From Octopus bimaculoides (lineage: Eukaryota), in assembly GCF_001194135.2 (NCBI RefSeq), contig NC_069001.1, forward strand, positions 28,931,133-28,988,187: a DNA stretch of 57,055 bases. The letters are read 5' to 3'. Below the pieces are notes generated by a model. It was not told the origin of the DNA. It saw only the letters and a list, made by a program, of their open reading frames with translations, and made no database searches. A program made the translations under genes and the position numbers. Each line of letters starts with the position of its first letter. Position 1 is the stretch's first letter. This document shows, piece by piece, positions 49,725 to 57,055 of the stretch.

Positions 49725-50370
49725 GTTAATGACCTGGAGTTTTTGGTGATGGGTTAACTCAATTACACCAACCGTAGTGCTCAATATGTACTTATTTTAT
49801 CGACTCCGAGGACGATTGGCAAAGTCGAATTCGGTGGAATTTCAACTAAAATAATGTATGAAATTACGAAATGCATTTTAATCAGGCAACATTCCCCTGC
49901 ATTTTGCCTGGTGTCTTAAATCCTCTGCCAGCTTTCGACCTTAGGAATGTCATTAATAATTAATTTTGACTTCAAATTTTGGTACATGGCAGCAATGTTT
50001 GGGGAAAATCGATTACATCAATCCTAGTGCTGAACTGTTACTTATTACACTGACCCCGAATGTTTAGTCTCGTACTTGCGTGCGAATGCGCGCCTAGAGT
50101 TTGAACTTTCTAGTCTACGCTTCATGCAAAACTCCAGTGAAGTGACGGCTGAACAATCAATAAAATAACAAAAATGATTTTCATTGCAAATATCTTTCGT
50201 GGACCCTAAATTTGCCTGTGCATCCCTAAATTTTCCTGTGCACCACCAAAATTTTCCTGTGCACCCCCATGGGTGCATATGCCTCCCAGTTGAGAAACTC
50301 TGGTATAGACTGACGAAATATCGCTGAACATTTTGCCCCTTGTGCTGTCTATCCTTCCAGCTCACCGCCT
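49725..50370 (-). mobile_element. Two family C SINE copies, the second interrupted by an insertion at ~50110-50302
   Basis: Family C blocks at 49725-49940, 49970-50105 and 50305-50370. Confidence 0.6.
50110..50302. mobile_element. hAT/Charlie-like MITE end fragment
   Basis: Ends in CCAGTTGAGAAACTCTG (reverse complement CAGAGTTTCTCAAC, a Charlie-like TIR) followed by GTATAGAC, close to the NTCTAGAN target. Three ~20-bp subterminal repeats CCCTAAATTTTCCTGTGCA at 50204-50263. Confidence 0.45.
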
Positions 50371-50514
50371 GATGAAGACACTATTTATAGATAATTAACA
50401 AAGAAAATGCTTTAATAAGTTTATATATATATAGGTTAATCACATTAATAAAACAACTATTTCCCCACTTTACTTAACTTCTATGAAGTGATGTTCTTAT
50501 AATTATAGCAATAT

Positions 50515-50903
50515 ATGTGTTGTTGGCACTCCGTCGGTTACGACGACGAGGGTTCCTGTTGATCCGGTCAACGGATCAGCCTGCTCGAGAAATTAACGTG
50601 CAAGTGGCTGAGCACTCCACAGATACGTGTACCCTTAACGTAGTTCTGAGGGAGATTCCATGTGACACAGAGTGTGACAAGGCTGGCCCTTTGAAATACA
50701 GGCACAACAGAAACAGGAAGATAGAGTGAGAGAAGCTTGTGGTGAAAGAGTAAAGTAGGGTTCACCACCATCCCCTGCCGGAGCCTCGTGGAACTTTAGG
50801 TGTTTTCGCTCAATAAACACTCACAACGCCCGGTCTGGGAATCGAAACCGCGACCATAGGGCCGCGAAACCGCTGCTCTAACCACTGGGTCAATGCGCCT
50901 CCA
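50515..50903 (-). mobile_element. Full-length tRNA-derived SINE (family A head + tail 1)
   Basis: Collinear and highly similar to 8831-9218 and to the reverse complement of 16565-16943. Confidence 0.9.
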
Positions 50904-51107
50904 CACGAATATATGAGAAAGAAAATAAAAACAGAAACGCATTGCCTACATTGAAGAATCAAGCTTCACATATTTCGTGAATATTTAGTGAGATCTTTCT
51001 CAGATATTGTAGAATAATTGTGTATCCTTATAATTATTCTTCGTTTAAACCAACCCGTAATATATACGTCTTTTTTAAAGTTAATATTATTCGATGTAAT
51101 TCTGATG

Positions 51108-51144
<37 letters not shown>

Positions 51145-51451
51145 AAATAAAAGAAAAATCTACATATGTATTTGAATAAATTCAGTTTGATCTGAAATCT
51201 TCACACACCACTTGCCACTATTTCTTACGGATTACTTCTATTCCATCCTATCGTATATTTCATATCACATCGTTTTAACCTCCGTGACAGGTTCTTAGAT
51301 ATATTTATATAGATATAGATAAGTATTGACCTTTTGATATTAACGTCTTTGATATTGGAGTTGAAAGTAGAATGATAAATAATTTGCGCCTATGTGTGTG
51401 TGTGCTATGTGTGCGAGAGTCTTTCTTCGTTATATGTATGTGTGTGTATAG

Positions 51452-51499
<48 letters not shown>

Positions 51500-51772
51500 A
51501 TGTGCATGTGCTTTCACTAATTAACTGTGTACAGAATAATCAGCAAAATAATTATTTCACTACTATAGTTGTAAAAACTAGTAGCTATACAGGTTACCTA
51601 TGTCGTCTTTGGCTTTATGATATATAACATTTTTCATACCGCCATTTAACTGCAACTCGCTTATCTCTCTCAAAACTTTTGCTTGTTACTATACATCGAT
51701 GCACTTAATAGGCAACAACGAAAATATATATACGTGTGTATGCATATATATATGTATTGTATGTATGTATGT

Positions 51773-51818
<46 letters not shown>

Positions 51819-52739
51819 GCATGTAAGCACATAATTGCAAAACTATATGGCAAAAATAGTACTCGAATACCAAGGGTAGACTAATAAGCTTTATTATAAA
51901 AGCTGCAGAGTATTCACAGAACTATTACAAAAAATTACTCGTTCTCGTTCGTCAGAGATTTATGATGAGTACTGAGTTTTAGGTTATCACTGTCTACATC
52001 ATTTAACGTAGTTTGCTGTAAAATGAATAAGCCTTCAAACCTGATTGGTGAATTTTTGGTAAAAGTAAAGGGAGACATTTGGCAATGTGTGAATATTTAA
52101 ATTGATAATAAGATAGACGGGTAAAGGGTACGGAAATCAGTATTCACTAGTTACTAATTGGATTCGGAAAAAAATACGGTAATAGGTATTAAAAGAATAT
52201 TGTTGTATTTGAGGATGGATAAATACATGCATACATAACGTTATGCACATGCGTGCATATACTCATCCACGTAAAATATAATAAAGCAAAATAAAATACA
52301 TATGTAGTCATCATCTGGATTGCATATAACCAAATTCATAGCAATATATACATGTACAGCTATGTGTATACATACACCGAGCAATAACCTGATACGCTGA
52401 GTAACAGTTGTGTAAATATATATAACAGAACAAATAGTAAGAGATGATCACTCCGAGCAAAACACTTCATATGCTCTTTGTTGGCACTCTAGGATAATAA
52501 TGTTACTTAAATTACTGAAGAAATCCTGGTAGAATTTTGGTAGGGTCCAAAGTTATTCTTCATTTCACTTCCATATTCCTTCAGTGCTCTGCTTTTTATA
52601 ACTAGAAATGGCTCTGACGAAAGAAGCATACATTTTCTTAGGTCGTTCTATTTGCCTCAGTTGATTAATAGACCAGTTGAGTAAACCTATCAGTAATGTA
52701 CCTATAATCACAACTGAAACAGATGTATGCAAAATTTGC

Positions 52740-52776
<37 letters not shown>

Positions 52777-53409
52777 NNNNNNNNNNNNNNNNNNNNNNNN
52801 NNNNNNNNNNNNNNNNNNNNNNNNNNNNNNNNNNNNNNNNNNNNNNNNNNNNNNNNNNNNNNNNNNNNNNNNNNNNNNNNNNNNNNNNNNNNNNNNNNNN
52901 NNNNNNNNNNNNNNNNNNNNNNNNNNNNNNNNNNNNNNNNNNNNNNNNNNNNNNNNNNNNNNNNNNNNNNNNNNNNNNNNNNNNNNNNNNNNNNNNNNNN
53001 NNNNNNNNNNNNNNNNNNNNNNNNNNNNNNNNNNNNNNNNNNNNNNNNNNNNNNNNNNNNNNNNNNNNNNNNNNNNNNNNNNNNNNNNNNNNNNNNNNNN
53101 NNNNNNNNNNNNNNNNNNNNNNNNNNNNNNNNNNNNNNNNNNNNNNNNNNNNNNNNNNNNNNNNNNNNNNNNNNNNNNNNNNNNNNNNNNNNNNNNNNNN
53201 NNNNNNNNNNNNNNNNNAAGCGGGCAAGACAAAGGAAAATAGCATATCGGATGTCCACTTAGTGGCCATCCCTTCTTATACGCATGTAATACAATATTTG
53301 TGAATTTTCAGATTTTTTTTATGTTAGGCCACTGGTTTTAAATTGATATTAATTAAATTAATATTCAATTTATCAGTATATATATATATGTATATGGTGG
53401 TGGTGATTG

Positions 53410-53610
53410 TTTCTTTGTATGTGCGTTTGTCCTTCTCCACCATTTGGCAACTGGTGTTGGTGTGTTTACCTCTACGTATCGGGAAAAAAAAAAAACGGGG
53501 ATCGATAGATTAAATAGCAGGCTCAAAAATTAAGTCCTGGTACCGATTATTTTGGCTAAAACTCAAGCTGGTGCACCAGTATGACCGTAGTCAAAAGACT
53601 GAGCCAAATA
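53410..53610 (+). mobile_element. Family D SINE 3' half
   Basis: CCACCATTTGGCAACTGGTGTTGGTGTGTTTAC..GATCGATAG..AAGTCCTGG..GGTGCACCAGTATGACCGTAGTCAAA.GACTGAG. Confidence 0.55.
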
Positions 53611-54744
53611 AAGGATGACCTCTTAATTTATCCCAAATCTATTTCGTAGAAACTTGTGTTAAGCAATTTATATCGTTTAGTATAAGCTATTAAGTAAAGT
53701 AAGGGTATAATTGTTATAACATTTTCATGAACAGTTTATGTTCAAATTACTGTTCGAAAGCTATATTCAAATTTTCTCACCCTTTCTACATAAACATAGC
53801 AACACATTCTGTATTAATTACCTCTCTAAACGATACATCTAATATATTCTGATAATAAATATTTTATTACTTTTGTCATCACACACTAACCTTAAACATA
53901 CAACAATCAACATAACATTGCTTGTAAAGCAATTTCAGCTTATCCACTTGTCTTGCACTTGACACAACTCGCATCATTCAAAATAAGAATATAGGTGTTA
54001 TACACTTCTACTCTTTAACACATTTTATTAAATGTCTCCTATATCATTTAATAGAAAATCTAAAAATGATGCATTATTAAAATTATTTCGAGAACTATTT
54101 CATGAAACATTTAATAGAACTTTAATTTACGATTTGCTAAAATTATTGTTGTAAATATTTTGCTTTTCACAAATATCATTCAATTAACATAGGTTTCTTA
54201 GAAAAAGATGAAATATATTCCATTATTAACCTTTAAATAAACGTCCATACGGTTCTAACCATCTCAATTATTCATTAGATATTATTCAAAATAATTTTAG
54301 AATATGTTTCCAGGGGTAACTCTGAAAACCACGATTACACATCATAATAGAATGTTTATTCTTTCATTCTGTTCATTATTGATATCAGTCGCAAGAAGTT
54401 CGCAGTTGCGTATAGAATGAACTAGAACATCAGTAATATGAGTGCGTGCTAAATAGTTCTTGTCCTAGGCAGTAAAAACAAAAAGAAACAGCAATATCAG
54501 TTAAATATAATTTACTCAACTTATAAACCTCTCAGATTCACAAACTTACTGCGGTGGTGTTTCAGTTTTTCTTAGCCCTGGAAAAGGACCCGGGTATTTG
54601 AGCATCCAACAAGGCCCTTAAAACCAGGAACTTATAAGCACCAACTCATGTATATGCACGCACACACACAGACACACACATACTTATGTTTTTTTATTAA
54701 GTGGGGCTTAGATTACACACGTTTCCGTGTGTAAATCGAAACCA

Positions 54745-55030
54745 TTACATATTCTTTAAAATAGTACTTATTTTATCGATCCTTTTTGGTGAATCTTTAA
54801 ATTATTCGGGACATAAAAAAAACCACATGCAGAGAAGCAGGAAGACAGGCACATAGATACAAACGCACACGGGAACAGATATGATGTATATCCGGGGTTT
54901 CTTCACGGTTTTTGTCTAACAAATTCACTTACAAGTCATCAGACACCCCAAGGCTATGAGAAAAAACACGATAAAGGTGAATCAGAGCGGGAAGGAACAT
55001 GAAACCACGTGGTTGCAAAGCGAGTAAACA
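54745..55030 (-). mobile_element. Decayed family D SINE
   Basis: TACTTATTTTATCGATCCTTTT..CGGGGTTTCTTCA..TTTTTGTCTAACAAATTCACTTACAAG..GAAACCACGTGGTTGCAAAGCGAG. Confidence 0.55.
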
Positions 55031-55100
55031 ACAAAGGTAGCAGATCTAAGTGTATACAAATATATAGCATATATCTAGTCATATGTATATGTATATATCT

Positions 55101-55424
55101 GGCACTCCGTCGGTTATGACGATGAGGGTACCAGATGATTCGACCAACAGAACAGCCTGCTCGTGCAAGTGGCTAAGCTCGTGTAAGTGGTTGCGTACTC
55201 CACAGACATGTATACACTTAAGGTTGTTCTCAAGAGATTCAGCATCACACATGTGTGACAAGGCTGCCCTTTTGAAATGCAGGTTCAATGCATTTTATGG
55301 AGCGGAGTAAACTGAAGCAACGTGAAATAAAGTGTCTTCCTTGAAGGCACAACGCATCGCCGGGAATTGATCTCACGACCTTACAATCGTGAGCAGATTA
55401 CCATGAACACTAAGCCACGCGCCT
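55101..55424 (-). mobile_element. SINE with family B (CORE) head and tail 1
   Basis: 55101-55285 matches tail 1 of family A. 55290-55424 is the CORE-type head AGCAACGTGAAATAAAGTGTCTT....GGCACAACGC..GGGAATTGATCTCACGACC..CACTAAGCCACGCGCC, not the family A body. Confidence 0.75.
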
Positions 55425-55542
55425 AAATAGATATAACAATATACGTAAATATATATACTTGTATGCATAAACGCATGTATCTAGCGATATATATTCTATA
55501 ATTCTGAACACATAAATACATATTTTTTTTTTTATATATCGC

Positions 55543-55773
55543 AGGCGTAGCTTCATGGTAAAGAAGCTTGCTTCCCAACCACATGGTTCTGGGTGCGGTC
55601 CCGCTGCATGGCACCGTGTGCTATTGTATTATAATATTGCCTCGAGCCATCTGTGCCTGTCCTCAACACCGTTGCTTGATAACCGATGTTGGCGTGTTTA
55701 TGTTCCTGTAACTTACTGTTTCAGCAAAAGAGATCGATAGAATAAGTACTAGTACTAGGCCTACAAAGAATAA
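55543..55773 (+). mobile_element. Internally deleted family D SINE
   Basis: GGTAAAGAAGCTTGCTTCCCAACCACATGGTTCTGGG..GCCTCGAGCC fused directly to the tail GCTTGATAACCGATGTTGG..CAGCAAAAGAGATCGATAGAATAAGTACTAG. Confidence 0.7.
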
Positions 55774-56124
55774 CAATCGCAACATTAGAAATATATTTCC
55801 ATACATACGTATTGATATATGGGAATACATAATGACTTCTTCATTTAGCTATTTGGAAAGTGATTATAATATTAGAATTCAAGTAAAATATAAGTTTTAA
55901 TAAAACATTTACCTTATATTGAATATATTATGAACTCGGGGTACGCTTTCTTGTTTTGAAGGTACCACAAAAGTTCACTAATCCACATACATTCATGCAT
56001 ACATTAATGCACACATACACACACATTTATGTATTAAGGTATACATTTACATGTGTATATAATGTATATAAACACACTCGCATATATGTATACTACCATA
56101 CAAATATTTAAATATAAGAACGTG

Positions 56125-56184
<60 letters not shown>

Positions 56185-57055
56185 ATCATATATGGCTGCC
56201 ATCGTATAAGCATAAATCTTCGTGTACATCATAATAGAAAGATGTAAGCGCTAGGCAAGAGGAGGACTGGTAAAATAAATTTTATTTTATAATGTTTTGT
56301 GGAGAATTTTATTGAGAAATATGTATAAGCCAGACAATATATTGTCATTTCTATTTTCAAAATTCAGTATGATTCGATATTTCAAAATATGACCATTGAT
56401 TTTTCGGTTCAATATATTAATATTATTTGAAGTAATAAATAAAATGTAACTTTTCTGGTTTATGTATTATGTTTTATTTCGTTGCGTTTTTATCATTGTC
56501 CAAAATATAACTATTCTTTTGCGTATTCATACGTATACACACACTCATACATATATACACGCACATATATACAAACATATGCATATAGATATAAATATGC
56601 ACACACATATATATAGATATTTATACACATATATACGAAAATCAATATATAATCTTCCATATTTGATCTATTTCTAAATGCATAAGACCTAAGAACTTGT
56701 ATACTGTAGTTCGTTTATTCCATTGAACAACTCTAGTAAGAAGAATGTACCGAAATTATATATTTTTATAATTTGTAAGTTTCTAGCAATATTTTCTATA
56801 AATTCATATATGTATATATCTTCATAAAAATACATACAGTAATCTCTGTGTTTCTGAATGTTCTTTCGTGGCATCGGTTTTTCAAAATCTATTCTTGTCA
56901 TTCGAAGCACAACGGGAAATATATGTTCAGGTATTCAATGAGTTAGGCTAGAAAAGGTTTCTTCCAGCGTTAAATCGCATCAGTACTATATGGTAGATGC
57001 ATACATATGTATGAGCATGAATAGCTACACGCAGATATATATATATATATATATA

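Noticed and set aside
52614-52645. CTGACGA followed by a small hairpin as another hammerhead
   Set aside because: No GAAA after the stem and no stem I partner.
681-53303. Long ORFs of 150-440 aa in the ORF track
   Set aside because: They consist of X from N gaps flanked by YI/IY/KK microsatellite translations and are not genes.

Overview
AT-rich animal scaffold DNA with many N gaps and dense (TA)n, (CA)n and (AAT)n microsatellites. From recall, the repeat repertoire looks like a coleoid cephalopod, probably Octopus; this was not checked against a database. No host protein-coding gene could be supported. The long ORFs in the track are read-throughs of N gaps, microsatellites or antisense strands of repeats. 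The window is mostly mobile DNA: (1) several tRNA-headed SINE families whose heads and tails are shuffled in modules, including about 25 copies of a ~200 bp SINE that often sits in same-strand tandem clusters; (2) decayed transposon coding relics, namely two Tc1/mariner transposases, two RTE-like LINE 3' ends, an R4/Dong-like RLE retrotransposon, a probable Penelope RT/GIY-YIG element and possible LINE ORF1 pieces; (3) a 56-bp minisatellite that appears to derive from a LINE C-terminal coding end; (4) a 74-bp near-perfect inverted repeat. The most interesting signal is a set of minimal hammerhead-ribozyme motifs of the Penelope type in three unrelated sequence contexts (2089-2173, 7301-7335, and 11007-11052 with its sister at 43449-43491). 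One of these lies in a short element that joins a Pol III tRNA-like head, an (AAT)n spacer and a hammerhead between short inverted repeats. All translations, alignments and folds were done by eye. Repeat boundaries are approximate.
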